Positions 9,682 through 19,963 of a DNA stretch of 64,000 nt are shown piece after piece (position 1 is the stretch's first letter; every line of letters begins with the position of its first letter). The stretch is from the NCBI GenBank assembly GCA_963790095.1, contig CAWBNO010000007.1, positions 15,852 to 79,851 of the forward strand. Reading direction: 5' to 3'. The stretch comes from an uncultured delta proteobacterium (GTDB lineage: Bacteria > Desulfobacterota > Desulfobacteria > Desulfobacterales > UBA11574). The notes under the pieces were generated by a model, which made no database searches, was not told the DNA's origin, and was given only the letters and a program-made list of their open reading frames with translations. The position numbers and the translations under genes were made by a program.

Positions 9682-10808
9682 ATATTCTGATCATCGGAAA
9701 TTGCATTACCGCCGCATGCCTAAAGCAGAGGCAGAATGAGGAATACTTTCATCCCGCAGGCACACTTAAACAATTATTATTGGCCACAGAGCTTGAGGCC
9801 ATGGGCCACTCGGTTGATATTTGCTCGGCCTCCTTTTCAAAGCATATCAACACGGTTTGTATTGAGTACTATTCTCAAGGCATCCGGATTATACATTCGC
9901 CGACATTGGGCATTCAGGGGAGATCCAGTTTTTTTAAACGATGGGTATCTTCTCTTTATGCAATGTACTGGCTGAGGAAAAATATTCAGAAATACCAATG
10001 CGTCGTCTTTTATAATTTTCATATGGAGTTCAGCGCCCCCGCACTTATGGGAAAATGGCTTTTTAATAAAAAGGTGATCATGGATTACGAGGACGGCCTC
10101 TATCTTGATAGGGGATACCAGGGATGGCTTTACAGAGGGTGGGAAAAGAAGGTCTACCGTCATGTGTCCCGGTATATTCTTGTCAATGAGGGGTTGAAAA
10201 CGCGGATTATAGCTGCAGCTCCAGAAGATGAAAAAAAGTTTGTCACCGTCCATGGGCTGATCAATGCAGATGTTCTGGGAGCGCATTCCCTGGATACCGA
10301 AGGACCGGTTCAAAGAATTCTGTTTTCAGGGAATTTTTCAAAAAAATTCGGATTTGATGAGTTGCTGAAATATGTCGATAATCTTGATGGCGGCATCATC
10401 TTTGATATCACCGGGCGGGCGGCTGGGCCCGAAGAAGAAAAACTGCGGCAGCGGGTTGCCCGGTGGCCCAATATTCGATATCATGGGTTTCTTGAAGACA
10501 AAGCATTTAAGAAGATTATAGAAAAAGCGGATGCGTTTGTACTGCTCAATGATCGGAATTCTCCATACAACAAAACCAATTTTCCTTCCAAATTTTTCGA
10601 GTACCTTTCCAAAAACAAATTTATTATCACCACGGCAAACCCTCTCCTTTCTCCCTATTTGGGGATGAAGAATATCATCTTGCTGGAGAATTTCCCTGAA
10701 GATGTCAAAAAACTAAAATCCCTTACTCAGGACCGCAAGACCTGTCACGATGAAATCGTTCAATTGGGGCAGGGGATACGCTCAGCTCTTGAGAGAATTC
10801 TTCACTAG
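9678..10808 (+). CDS. glycosyltransferase (GT-B fold, family 1/4-like)
   Basis: 376-aa ORF. MNILIIGN N-terminus; C-terminal FPSKFFEYLSKNKFIITT (E-x7-E-like block). Confidence 0.55.
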   Translation: MNILIIGNCITAACLKQRQNEEYFHPAGTLKQLLLATELEAMGHSVDICSASFSKHINTVCIEYYSQGIRIIHSPTLGIQGRSSFFKRWVSSLYAMYWLRKNIQKYQCVVFYNFHMEFSAPALMGKWLFNKKVIMDYEDGLYLDRGYQGWLYRGWEKKVYRHVSRYILVNEGLKTRIIAAAPEDEKKFVTVHGLINADVLGAHSLDTEGPVQRILFSGNFSKKFGFDELLKYVDNLDGGIIFDITGRAAGPEEEKLRQRVARWPNIRYHGFLEDKAFKKIIEKADAFVLLNDRNSPYNKTNFPSKFFEYLSKNKFIITTANPLLSPYLGMKNIILLENFPEDVKKLKSLTQDRKTCHDEIVQLGQGIRSALERILH

Positions 10809-10865
10809 CAAGGTAAGCCAGTTTCAAAACGTCCCCTTTTACCCAATTTCGGCGTTAGGCAAAAA

Positions 10866-10946
10866 TAATAATCATAGAAATCAAAACTGTTGATAACTAA
10901 AAAGTTTAGGGTTGAAATCCCTGCGATAAATAGCAGAAATCAAAAG
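10866..10946 (-). repeat. diverged copy E of the island repeat family
   Basis: Shares the exact 16-mer ATAGCAGAAATCAAAA (10930-10945) with copy A (18500-18515). A looser alignment extends over ~65 nt. Confidence 0.5.
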
Positions 10947-10956
10947 TGTGGATGAT

Positions 10957-10984
10957 AAAAAAGCAGGGCCATTGCTGACCCTGC
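10957..10984 (-). terminator. intrinsic terminator after the usp gene
   Basis: Minus strand reads GCAGGG-tcagcaatgg-CCCTGC followed by TTTTTT. Confidence 0.7.
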
Positions 10985-11028
10985 CAATTTAAAGATTTTT
11001 AAATTATTTTGATGTTCTTGACTTTTCC

Positions 11029-11478
11029 CTATTCACCATTCCGAGAACGGATGAGGAGCAGAGGGCGATCTATACGCTGCAGCACTCCAGCTGAGATACT
11101 TCCATAAAATGTCCTGGACAAACCGCTGCGGCCGTGGCTGGCCATTGCCAATAGATCTGCATCTTCACTTTTTGCAGCATCGAGAATAGCTTTCACAACC
11201 GGACCATGGCCGATGAGAGTTTGTACCTTGATACCGTCTTCACGAAATTGTCCTTGAAGGGAAGCAAGATAAGACTCTGTTTCCTTGATCTGCTGATCGT
11301 GTTTTTCCTGGTATATCGACATGCCAATAATTTCATCATGTTCTAACAAATGTCCCGGTTCTATAACGATAAAAAAAATTGCTTTAGCCTTGAAACATAG
11401 TGCGAGGTTCTTCACATGAGGCAATATCGCCTCAGCTCGTTTCGAGCCGTCCAAAGGAACCAGTATCTTTTTATACAT
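11029..11478 (-). CDS. universal stress protein (UspA family)
   Basis: MYKKILVPLDGS...ADLLAMASHGRSGLSRTFYGSISAGVLQ is the canonical Usp ATP-binding G-x2-G-x9-G(S/T) block. Confidence 0.85.
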   Translation of the reverse strand: MYKKILVPLDGSKRAEAILPHVKNLALCFKAKAIFFIVIEPGHLLEHDEIIGMSIYQEKHDQQIKETESYLASLQGQFREDGIKVQTLIGHGPVVKAILDAAKSEDADLLAMASHGRSGLSRTFYGSISAGVLQRIDRPLLLIRSRNGE

Positions 11479-11646
11479 ATTCCCCTCCTGTATCTAAAAA
11501 ATTGAGATCCCCTGAAACCATCATCATTTTATCACACTGAGTTAATAAAAATATATCCCCACTTTCATATCAAATAGTCATGCGGCATGCACAAATTTTG
11601 GTGAATCACTTTTTATTCTAATGGTGTTTTGTCCGAAATATTCGGA

Positions 11647-12330
11647 TTAAGCCCTGTTCAATTGACTCAAAGTTCCGCTGACAGAATTAACTGCGTCATC
11701 GATACTTAACGTTCCGGTATTGATGATAAGGTCATAATTTAGTGGGTGCCTGATGTCATCATTGAAGTATTTTTTTATAAATGCCTTGCGATCTGAGTCT
11801 GTTTTTAAAACCCTGGGTCTGGCTTCATCAACGCTCACGCTGAACTTTTGGGATACGTTTCGGAGTCGCGTTTCCAGGGGCGCAATAACTCGGACGCTGA
11901 GTCTTTTTTCAGGAGGCAGAACAAAATTAGCGCCTCTCCCTACGATTACAGCCTGGCCGTGTTTGCCGATGGTCCCGATAATCTTCATGAGATGCTGAAG
12001 ATACCGGTCAGGCCATAGGTGTCGCTTATCTACAATCGATGATATCCATTCTTCGAGAACGGATGCACCTTTTTCGTCAAGCGTTTCTATTAACCGAACG
12101 CTTAGGCGAGCACTTTCAGCCATATTGTGTATGAATTCCTGATAAAATAAATCGAATTCGAGCTGATCGGAAAGTCGTTTGGCCAATATATTCCCACCAC
12201 TTCCGGCTTCTCTGGAGATGGTAATAACAGAGATACGTTCATCCTTTTTTTTCTCTTCCGTTCGTGTAATCTTCCATCTTTGTACCTGTTCTTCTATTAT
12301 TTGCTCGATAGAACGTGCTTTAGCTCTCAT
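11647..12330 (-). CDS. cytidylate kinase-like family protein (P-loop)
   Basis: ITISREAGSGGNILAKRL P-loop context, typical of the cytidylate-kinase-like family. Confidence 0.65.
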   Translation of the reverse strand: MRAKARSIEQIIEEQVQRWKITRTEEKKKDERISVITISREAGSGGNILAKRLSDQLEFDLFYQEFIHNMAESARLSVRLIETLDEKGASVLEEWISSIVDKRHLWPDRYLQHLMKIIGTIGKHGQAVIVGRGANFVLPPEKRLSVRVIAPLETRLRNVSQKFSVSVDEARPRVLKTDSDRKAFIKKYFNDDIRHPLNYDLIINTGTLSIDDAVNSVSGTLSQLNRA

Positions 12331-12636
12331 GTTCCCTCCTTTCTTTGTAACTCACAGCGTTATAGGAAGAAGCAACATCATGGCGGGGTGAGATGCCCCA
12401 AAGAAGCGAATTTTCGCCCCTTTGGGGCTCGTTATCGGGATTGTAAGAAAACTCCTCCTCATAGTCTTCCTCTATAATGGCATTTAATTACGTTATTACA
12501 TACTCAAACCGAAAGCGAACTTCTCTTCCAATTTTAGCATGGTGGCAAAAGAGGTTGAATTGTTGGAAGAATTAATGCAAAAAAACCCCACCCTTTAAGG
12601 CGGGGTCAAGTGTTAAATCATTAAGAGAATCGGAAT

Positions 12637-13125
12637 TTATGCAGCAGCATCAGACTCTTGGATCTGACCTGAACCAAAGGAAAATGAAGCATCAGACTTA
12701 GCCGTCGAGGTAATCATTTTATAGCTCCAAAGGAGTCGATTGCCAATCAATCCGGCCAGGCGTTTAAAGAAAATGAGCCCCGGGCCGGGATATTTTTCAA
12801 TAACTTTATGGAACTCTCCTCTGTGAAAATTATCCAGAACCGTCGTTTCAAGACACTCTCCCGATGCTGAATAAAATTCGCGACCGATCAGGCTCGACCA
12901 GCCAAAAGCCTCACCAGCACTATCTACGGTGTAAACCACTGGCCCGGTTTCACCGACGGTCAGTTTAACGCGTCCTTTGATTAAAATATAGAAGTGATCT
13001 GCTGGATCTCCCTCACGGAAAAGAAAATCTCCCGGTTGATACGTTTCTCTGACGGCAATACCCATCATATCCTTTACAAAGTCCTTGTCCATGTCCCAAA
13101 AAAGAGCTGATTGTTGGATATACAT
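12637..13125 (-). CDS. cyclic nucleotide-binding domain protein
   Basis: GDFLFREGDPADHFYILIKGRVKL...GEAFGWSSL is a cNMP-binding beta-barrel signature. Confidence 0.75.
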   Translation of the reverse strand: MYIQQSALFWDMDKDFVKDMMGIAVRETYQPGDFLFREGDPADHFYILIKGRVKLTVGETGPVVYTVDSAGEAFGWSSLIGREFYSASGECLETTVLDNFHRGEFHKVIEKYPGPGLIFFKRLAGLIGNRLLWSYKMITSTAKSDASFSFGSGQIQESDAAA

Positions 13126-14103
13126 GGCTCCCCCCTTTCATTTGAAATGCCATGGGTTGCAGAAAAAGACGGTATGGAGCCCATGGTTATAAGATCGTCG
13201 GTTTCAAGGGTTAACAATTCGAAAAATCGTTTGCTTACCCTATTGAAATAACCGCATTGTAACCATTAACGCGTTAAATCCCCAAAGGATGCCTTGCGGT
13301 TCCTTTGGGGGTAAATATTGGTATTTTGAGTAGTCCTTTGATCATTGGGGCCTCACTAACGGTTTGGCCCGAAAATCTCCGATGCCAAATTGATTGAAAT
13401 CAGGAAATCAATATTGCGTTGCCAGCCGGTAATTATCTCTTAACATATAGTCCGAACATCGCCAGCTTCAGGACAAATGCATAAAAAGATCGAATGAAGG
13501 TGGTATTAAAGCAACCGAAAAATTTGAGAAGCTCGAAAGCCGTTCGAATTGCTAAAGATATTAAAAGTCCATCTCAATACTTTTCATCTTAAAACATAGT
13601 TATCAAAATAAGCAGCTTTGTATTTGTTCGTATCCTCCTTTCATTTTTACTCTTATCCTTAGTCCCTTTAAGAAAACCAGTCGGCTTCCAATAGCCTTTT
13701 TTGTGGAGTACCAGAAACAAGCATAAGACTATCTACTATCAGTAGAACAAAAAATTTTTTATTGTGAGAATTAATGCAAGACAGAGTCTTATGTTTAAAA
13801 AAAATTTTGTTTGCAAAGCAATTTTTCTCAAGCATAAAATTATTTAAAATTAAAGGACTTACCTCAAGAAATCTTCTGCAGATTTAGGAGACTTTGTCAA
13901 TGGAGCTTAGAGCTCATTTTCATAGGCAAACATCCCATTATTATAGGGAATTATCCCAAATGCTGATTGGAAACACCTATCATTATTTCAAGGTGTTGAA
14001 TGTATGACTGAAAATGAGATGGTGACAAAGTGATGGGGGCAGTTACCCCCGTCCTCTCAGAATTGATTGCTTCCTCTGGGGGTCCAGATATCTTACCTGA
14101 ACC

Positions 14104-14397
14104 CTAAATATTTTTTGCCTCAGTAATTAACTTATCAAACTTTTCAACTTCCACTACAGGTGATGTTGCAAATGAGATTCCTGTCAGTTCGTTTAATGCA
14201 ACAGACGTGGCAATGGCATTTTCATGGGTAGGGAACTCCAAGGTAAGAACAAGGTCATGTTCTCCCATCACAGCATACATTGATATGACTTTTCCACCAT
14301 TCCTTGCGATCAGCTCAACTGCTTTATCCGTTCTTTCAGAACTGATTCCCTTCAATGCCTCTGTGGAATACTTTCCAAACATCATGAATATTGGCAT
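14104..14397 (-). CDS. GYD-domain protein
   Basis: 97 aa. MPIFMMFGKYSTEALKGIS...GGKVISMYAVMGEHDLVLTLEFP matches the GYD family pattern. Confidence 0.7.
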   Translation of the reverse strand: MPIFMMFGKYSTEALKGISSERTDKAVELIARNGGKVISMYAVMGEHDLVLTLEFPTHENAIATSVALNELTGISFATSPVVEVEKFDKLITEAKNI

Positions 14398-14414
14398 GTC
14401 GAATCCTCCCCTTT

Positions 14415-16292
14415 TTAGAATTCTTTCAGTGATTCATGGATACCTTTGTGAATTTCGTACCAAAAATTCAACGCCGCCTCTTTCTTGTCCGTCTCAAATT
14501 TTTCAATCCATTTGGCAAGATCAGCTTCGATATTTCCTTCAACAGTTCGTTTTCTTTTTAAAAAGGTATATATTATTTCGATATTTCTATTAGATTCCCA
14601 AAAAATAGAAGCATTTCGACCGTTGATACGGCTCGCTGTTTCAGAGATCGTTTTTAAAAATTTTTTCTTAAGCCCATAAAGCGAATCCATAATATCGGGG
14701 ATCATTTCTTCACCCCAACCCCTATGAAACCGACACATACCCAGATTGTCCATGATCAATTCTTTTTGGAAACGGTCAGCGTTTTTTCGGCCCAGTTCAC
14801 GCGGCGGTAAAAATTCTTTTCCATAGTACATATAATATTTCCCCATAATTGGCATGGGTGAAAGCACGCCCGGAGTCCAGTACTGGTTGGGAACTGTCCA
14901 GCCGTTGCGGGCATATGCGTTATAAACAAAAGCATCCACAATTTGTTTGCCTTTTTCTCGGGAAAGCCGGCGTGCAAACTTGCGGGCACCCTCTTCCAAG
15001 TTGATAATATTTCGCTTTTCGATTATGGAGTCGAGCAATGCTATACCGATGTCTGCATTGTGCATGGAATCCGATGCGATGTTAAAATCCTTATGAGTGA
15101 AGACCGGAATTTGTTTTACTCCGAGTTCTTTTGGGGTCAGATATCCTTCGTATAGACACTCCATAAGCCACGAGACGACACCGCCCACAGAGATCGCATC
15201 AAATCCATACATATCTGCGTGGTGATTCAACTTTTCAGCAGCCCTCTGATCAAAAATACCCGATAAAGGTCCCATTGCTTGATAGGGTTCATAATCTTTT
15301 TTGTATTTACCATGCATTTTTTTACAAAATGCTACACAAGGTTCGCCACACGTTTTTTGTTTTTTAGGTCCGATGGTTTCTTCATTAAATTGTTTCAAAT
15401 AATGGTTGAGTATGAACGTATCGTGTATATCTAATCTCTCTTGTTCGCTCATAAAGATACTTCTGTAATTGAAAGAATACATATTGCCGGCTAACGTGGC
15501 AAAGTTGACGCCAAGGGTTCCTCCTGTCTGAAAATCAGGGTCAAACCGGTATTTGGTTGTCGCTTCCAGATCTTTTGCCGCCAGTTTTTTCTGGTATTTG
15601 TCGATAAACCACTGATCGGCGACCTTTCTGTCACGAAAATCTTCGGTAATAAACGTTCCGCCATATATGATTGCGGCAATCCCATGTTCTTGCAAAAGTT
15701 TGGAACCGAAGCCGCCTCGTCCCGCCCACGTATCCGCAAAACCCAATTTGCCTTTGGCAATGGGAACCGAGGCAACGGCTCCAAAATCTGTAACCGCCGC
15801 AGCAGGGCCGACGGCAAGAATTCGGGGATGGTTCGAATAATACTCACCAAAGCGTTCAAAGGTGTAATCCATTAACGCATATATGCCTCTGCGCCCTTCT
15901 TGCCATACTTTCTGAATCTGAACCGGCTCAATTCTAACTTCAACTTCCTCGCCACCATCTCTATTGAGGTATAAAATAGAAGGAATTGGGGCTCGATTGA
16001 CGATGGCAATCATATTTACGCCCAGATTATCAAAAACCAATCCAGCGCCCCCCATGGACGAAACGTAGAAACCTGTCCAGCTGGGAGAAAAGCCATTGAA
16101 AAACAGCCGGTTTGAGCCTGGAAATATAGATCCTGCCAACAGTCCTGTTCCAATATTCAACGATCTGTACCGGCCAGCAAGATGAAGACCAAGATCGATT
16201 GGACCGAAAAACGGTTCACCGACAGTATACCGGGTTATACGGTAAAATGCCGTAGCAGCATCAATAAACAAAACTTTTTGATGACTTTCCAT
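14415..16292 (-). CDS. aldehyde:ferredoxin oxidoreductase (AOR) family tungsto/molybdopterin enzyme
   Basis: Long ORF with an AOR-like C-terminal block ELIMDNLGMCRFHRGW and the Cys cluster CGEPCVAFC. Start set to MESHQKVLFIDA (ATG 16292). Confidence 0.65.
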   Translation of the reverse strand: MESHQKVLFIDAATAFYRITRYTVGEPFFGPIDLGLHLAGRYRSLNIGTGLLAGSIFPGSNRLFFNGFSPSWTGFYVSSMGGAGLVFDNLGVNMIAIVNRAPIPSILYLNRDGGEEVEVRIEPVQIQKVWQEGRRGIYALMDYTFERFGEYYSNHPRILAVGPAAAVTDFGAVASVPIAKGKLGFADTWAGRGGFGSKLLQEHGIAAIIYGGTFITEDFRDRKVADQWFIDKYQKKLAAKDLEATTKYRFDPDFQTGGTLGVNFATLAGNMYSFNYRSIFMSEQERLDIHDTFILNHYLKQFNEETIGPKKQKTCGEPCVAFCKKMHGKYKKDYEPYQAMGPLSGIFDQRAAEKLNHHADMYGFDAISVGGVVSWLMECLYEGYLTPKELGVKQIPVFTHKDFNIASDSMHNADIGIALLDSIIEKRNIINLEEGARKFARRLSREKGKQIVDAFVYNAYARNGWTVPNQYWTPGVLSPMPIMGKYYMYYGKEFLPPRELGRKNADRFQKELIMDNLGMCRFHRGWGEEMIPDIMDSLYGLKKKFLKTISETASRINGRNASIFWESNRNIEIIYTFLKRKRTVEGNIEADLAKWIEKFETDKKEAALNFWYEIHKGIHESLKEF

Positions 16293-16450
16293 AACCCCAC
16301 GCTCCCGCCCCGCCCTTTGGGCGGTGAATTCCACTGCGATCCAACCACCGCACGGCACTGCCGTAAGCCAACGCTGATACAAATTGATCTAAAAAGTTTT
16401 TAAACCCATACCAATCGATTCTCAAAAATTGCTTAAAACTACCAACTGCT

Positions 16451-17401
16451 CTACTCACCCCGGATTTTGGTTTCTGCAATCTTTTTTATTAGGGATTGGG
16501 CCTCGATAAAGATTTTGGAAACCGCGGGAACTGCATCTTTGACGCCCAATTCGACCCTGTCCACAACCGCTTCTAGCTCATCCGTGGACAGATCGTCTAT
16601 AAATTCAACTTCCATATTGACAAGAATATCTTCAGGCCCCATGTGCATGGTAAGGAGTTTACCGCATCGTTTGATTTCGGGCACGCCGCATATAACCTGT
16701 CGAATGCGTTCCTGGTCTTTGCTGCCCGCGCTTTCGCCGATTAATAGAGCTTTGGTTTCCCGGGCCAGGAAAATAGCCAGTATAAACAGCAAGATGCCGA
16801 TTAAAATACTGGCAGCGGCGTCAAAAAAGGGCATGCCAGTAACATGTGCCAGACTGATACCCGCAGCAGCCACAAACAACCCGATTATGGCGGCACTGTC
16901 TTCAAAGAGAACGACCATGATGGTAGGATTTTTGGATCGAACGGCCAGATCTAAAAAACCGGAGAATCCCTCCCTCGATTTCAGATTTTTCGCTTCTGAA
17001 TATGCCACCCACCAGGGATAAGCCTCAATAATAACGGATATACCAAGAACAATTAAGGGAATATAAAGGGATTTGACCGGCTCCGGATGGAGTATCTTCT
17101 TGACACCTCCATAAATAGACAGTGCGGCACCAACGCAAAAAATTGAAACAGCAACCACAAATGCCCAGAAATAAAGCTCTTTACCATAGCCAAAAGGGTG
17201 CTTTTCATCGGGAGGCCGAGCGGCGCGTTTATGGCCAATCAGCAGCATCACCTGGTTTATGCTGTCGGCCGTGCTGTGAAAGCCTTCCGCCAGCATGGCC
17301 GCACTGCCCGAAGAAACAGCGACGATAAACTTCATAACGGCGATGGCGGAGTTGCCGATCAGCGCGGCATAGATAATCTTTTTATCGCTGTGTTTTTTCA
17401 C
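16451..17401 (-). CDS. cation diffusion facilitator (CDF) family metal efflux transporter
   Basis: AMLAEGFHSTADSINQ...HPFGYGKELYFWAF; six predicted TM segments plus a cytoplasmic C-terminal domain. Confidence 0.85.
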   Translation of the reverse strand: MKKHSDKKIIYAALIGNSAIAVMKFIVAVSSGSAAMLAEGFHSTADSINQVMLLIGHKRAARPPDEKHPFGYGKELYFWAFVVAVSIFCVGAALSIYGGVKKILHPEPVKSLYIPLIVLGISVIIEAYPWWVAYSEAKNLKSREGFSGFLDLAVRSKNPTIMVVLFEDSAAIIGLFVAAAGISLAHVTGMPFFDAAASILIGILLFILAIFLARETKALLIGESAGSKDQERIRQVICGVPEIKRCGKLLTMHMGPEDILVNMEVEFIDDLSTDELEAVVDRVELGVKDAVPAVSKIFIEAQSLIKKIAETKIRGE

Positions 17402-17534
17402 TTTTCGATATCAATCGCTGGGGGGAAACCAAGATTCTTTCAAGCCGGTTTAACGACAATCACACTGTTCAGCGTACCGAAGTGGTTTTTACAAACCTGT
17501 TCGTTGGCCGGATCCCGTTGTTCAACATACGTTA

Positions 17535-18023
17535 TTACTTAAATGTAATGATTGTTCGACCACGAGAGGTAAAAGAAACGCCTTGATTACTTTTTGTGCC
17601 AATCATTATCGATTCAACAATAGGTGGATTAACAAATTTATCGGATTTCCATTCAACAATAAAGTTGGCACCTGACCCACCAGCTTTGTCTCTTTCTGGT
17701 ATGACGTAGCGCAATGACTCTAATGGGTCTATGATTACTGGCTTTTCTACATATTTTTTTAAGAGCTTCCCTTGCGTCTCGTAATAATCGACTATTGTGA
17801 TTTTGATTTGATGCTTAGGATCAATGTTTCTGATGCTTAAAGTTACCGTCAACAAGAAGGGTTGTTCACGGTTGCCACTGTAAATATGGGAATAAGCAGG
17901 CACATAAATGGTCTGCCCGTCAGATAACCCGATTTTCTCGTCAGCATATACAGGCAGAGATAAAAAAAGACAAAAAGGTAAAACAAGAATAAAAAAACAA
18001 GCAAAAGGATAGCTCTTTTTCAT
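17535..18023 (-). CDS. secreted protein, DUF3124-like
   Basis: N-terminal signal peptide. GQTIYVPAYSHIYSGNREQPFLLTVTLSIRN and GGSGANFIVEW blocks, as I recall them for DUF3124. Confidence 0.55.
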   Translation of the reverse strand: MKKSYPFACFFILVLPFCLFLSLPVYADEKIGLSDGQTIYVPAYSHIYSGNREQPFLLTVTLSIRNIDPKHQIKITIVDYYETQGKLLKKYVEKPVIIDPLESLRYVIPERDKAGGSGANFIVEWKSDKFVNPPIVESIMIGTKSNQGVSFTSRGRTIITFK

Positions 18024-18380
18024 GGTTACTCTCCAAGTAATTATAAGTGTAAAAAATGATTATCTGTATAAAATTGTAAAGACAGATTATTAAAATATAT
18101 ATTTATGTAAATCATGTTTTAACATCTTGTATTAAGCATGAATCTGCTATTGTTTCAGTATAGTAAAGATAGTGTTCAATTGGAACGAGCCATAAAGATA
18201 CACAACATAAGAGGGCAGGGAAATTGGGCCGGAATCAGTTGTGGCTTGAATACGGTCATTCCAAATCTATTGATACCACAACTGACTAAAGAAACGCAAA
18301 GATTTCATCCAAAGAAAAGGCGGTTGATCAATCGTTTTTGGGATTCACTTCTCAGGGCTTTGTAATCGTAAAATGGTGGC

Positions 18381-18516
18381 TTGCATACAGATATCTTATT
18401 TCTTACAAAATTGCAAAAAAGACAAACCCGATGAAATGGATTTGCCTCTATCAAAAACGATATCACAAGTTCTGAACCCGGGGTTAACATGTTGGATACA
18501 TAGCAGAAATCAAAAC
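18381..18516 (-). repeat. island repeat family, copy A (terminator-containing ~135-nt element)
   Basis: Contains AAAACGATATCACA, GTTCTGAACCC, ATGTTGGATACAT and ATAGCAGAAATCAAAAC. On the minus strand it ends with the hairpin AGGCAAA/TTTGTCT plus a T-run. Confidence 0.75.
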
Positions 18517-18680
18517 TTTGAACTGGATGGTTTACACACTATATTCGGATAATAAAATAAGGGTTGCCGAAATCACCGAATTCGATTTGAACGAATATGA
18601 CAAAATCAGCAACCCCGTTTCAGAAAAAAGTATTAACTTGCAAATGTCAGAAATACCGAACCGCTCAAGCTCTGGGTCAA

Positions 18681-19094
18681 TCATTTTTCAGGCAGGGTAT
18701 AGGTCCCGGTGACATCGACAACCGCATCACCCTTGGTTTTATCCTTGGTATAGGGTGTGACGTACTTGCCGCTGAAGGTGACCTTCCCTTTAATTCCTTC
18801 AAACCTGCCGGTCCCCTTGATGTATTCACCCGTGCCCTTTAATGAGTGTAGCTTTTCGCCTGGAGGCACCGCAGCAGTGCCTTGATATTTTGTAATAATT
18901 GTGGAACCGTCCGCAAATGTATAATCGCTATATCCATTAAAAGAGCCTCCTTGACCTCTGATTGAGTCAAAAGTAGCCCGAGTGTGATAGGCTGCTGTTT
19001 CGCCATTTTCATAGATAGCAACGCCTCTCCTTTCAAGCACACCAATGGCGTGTTTTTCTACGTCAGGGATCTTGAACCATTCCCGCTTTATCAT
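18681..19094 (-). CDS. hypothetical protein
   Basis: 137-aa ORF with a GGAG just upstream; no recognisable family. Confidence 0.5.
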   Translation of the reverse strand: MIKREWFKIPDVEKHAIGVLERRGVAIYENGETAAYHTRATFDSIRGQGGSFNGYSDYTFADGSTIITKYQGTAAVPPGEKLHSLKGTGEYIKGTGRFEGIKGKVTFSGKYVTPYTKDKTKGDAVVDVTGTYTLPEK

Positions 19095-19164
19095 CTCCTT
19101 TCAAATTAATGAACAATAAGAAATTTTGTTATGATATCCTACTTACTCCTCCCAAGGCGAAACC

Positions 19165-19963
19165 CTAAATCGTTACTCCGGTAGGAATCAACGGTGAGTC
19201 TTTTATTCCGATTTCATAACTTCGAGCGGAACAACGAGCGAATTTCGGCTTCGAGTTCCAGCTTCCTCCCCGATAGATCTCTGGTATACCCTTCTTCTCT
19301 GAATAATGGGTTATTCCGTTCATGTTTTTTATAGGCCCAAGCTCTATATGTATCCTCACACCATTCGTTTACGTTGCCATTCATATCAAACAGACCGAGC
19401 CCGTTTGGGGCCTTGGTGGCCACAGGGTGCGTGGAACGATCACTGTTTCCGTGGTACCACGACACTCGGTCAAGGTCGCTTTCTCCAGCATATTTCTCCG
19501 GTTTTCCTCCACTTCTGCACGCATACTCCCACTCCGCTTCGGTTGGGAGACGAAATTTATAGACGTCCTTGCTTGAGGCAGAAAGTTTCTTAGTGAACTT
19601 CTCTACCTCCTCCCATGAGACTTTTTCGACCGGATAATTGCCACCTTTCTTGAACTCGGATGGATTTCCCCCCATGACCTGCTTCCACTGTCCTTGGGTA
19701 ACTTCCGTTTTCCCCATCCAAAAACCATCCACACAGACTTCGTGTACAGGCTTCTCATCACGAAAACAGTCATTTGTCCAATTTCCACAACCCATCTCAT
19801 AGCATCCACCGGGAACCCAGACAAACTCCATCCCAGTGACTGGCTCCCTCCAGATTTCTCCAGCAGTCGGGGTACTCGACTGTGCGATTATTGTGCATGG
19901 GAATACAATTAGAGCGAATACGAAAAGCCATCCAGAAAATGTTACTTTATCGAACATTGCCAT
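19165..19963 (-). pseudogene. formylglycine-generating-enzyme (SUMF1/FGE-sulfatase) family protein, secreted; reading frame broken near the 3' end
   Basis: Frame 1 gives WVPGGCYEMGC...FRLPTEAEWEYACRSGG...GLFDMNGNVNEWCED...NNPLFREEG. The family's C-terminal RGGSWNSKPKFARCSARS block sits in the other frame (ORF 19165-19359). The frame switch lies between 19273 and 19310. RBS GGAGGGGG lies before ATG 19963. Confidence 0.75.

Noticed and set aside
10866-10946. Two CRISPR-repeat-looking units (…CATAGAAATCAAAAC and GTTGAAATCCCTGCGATAAATAGCAGAAATCAAAAG) separated by 23 nt.
   Set aside because: Only the last ~13 nt match between the two units. The spacer is too short, there are only two units, and no cas genes are in the window. 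This is better explained as a diverged copy of the island repeat family.
18480-18500. dif/Xer-like site (ACATGTTAAC resembles the XerD arm TTATGTTAAAT).
   Set aside because: Only 7 of 11 positions match. There is no convincing XerC arm or 6-bp central region, and the segment overlaps its own palindrome.
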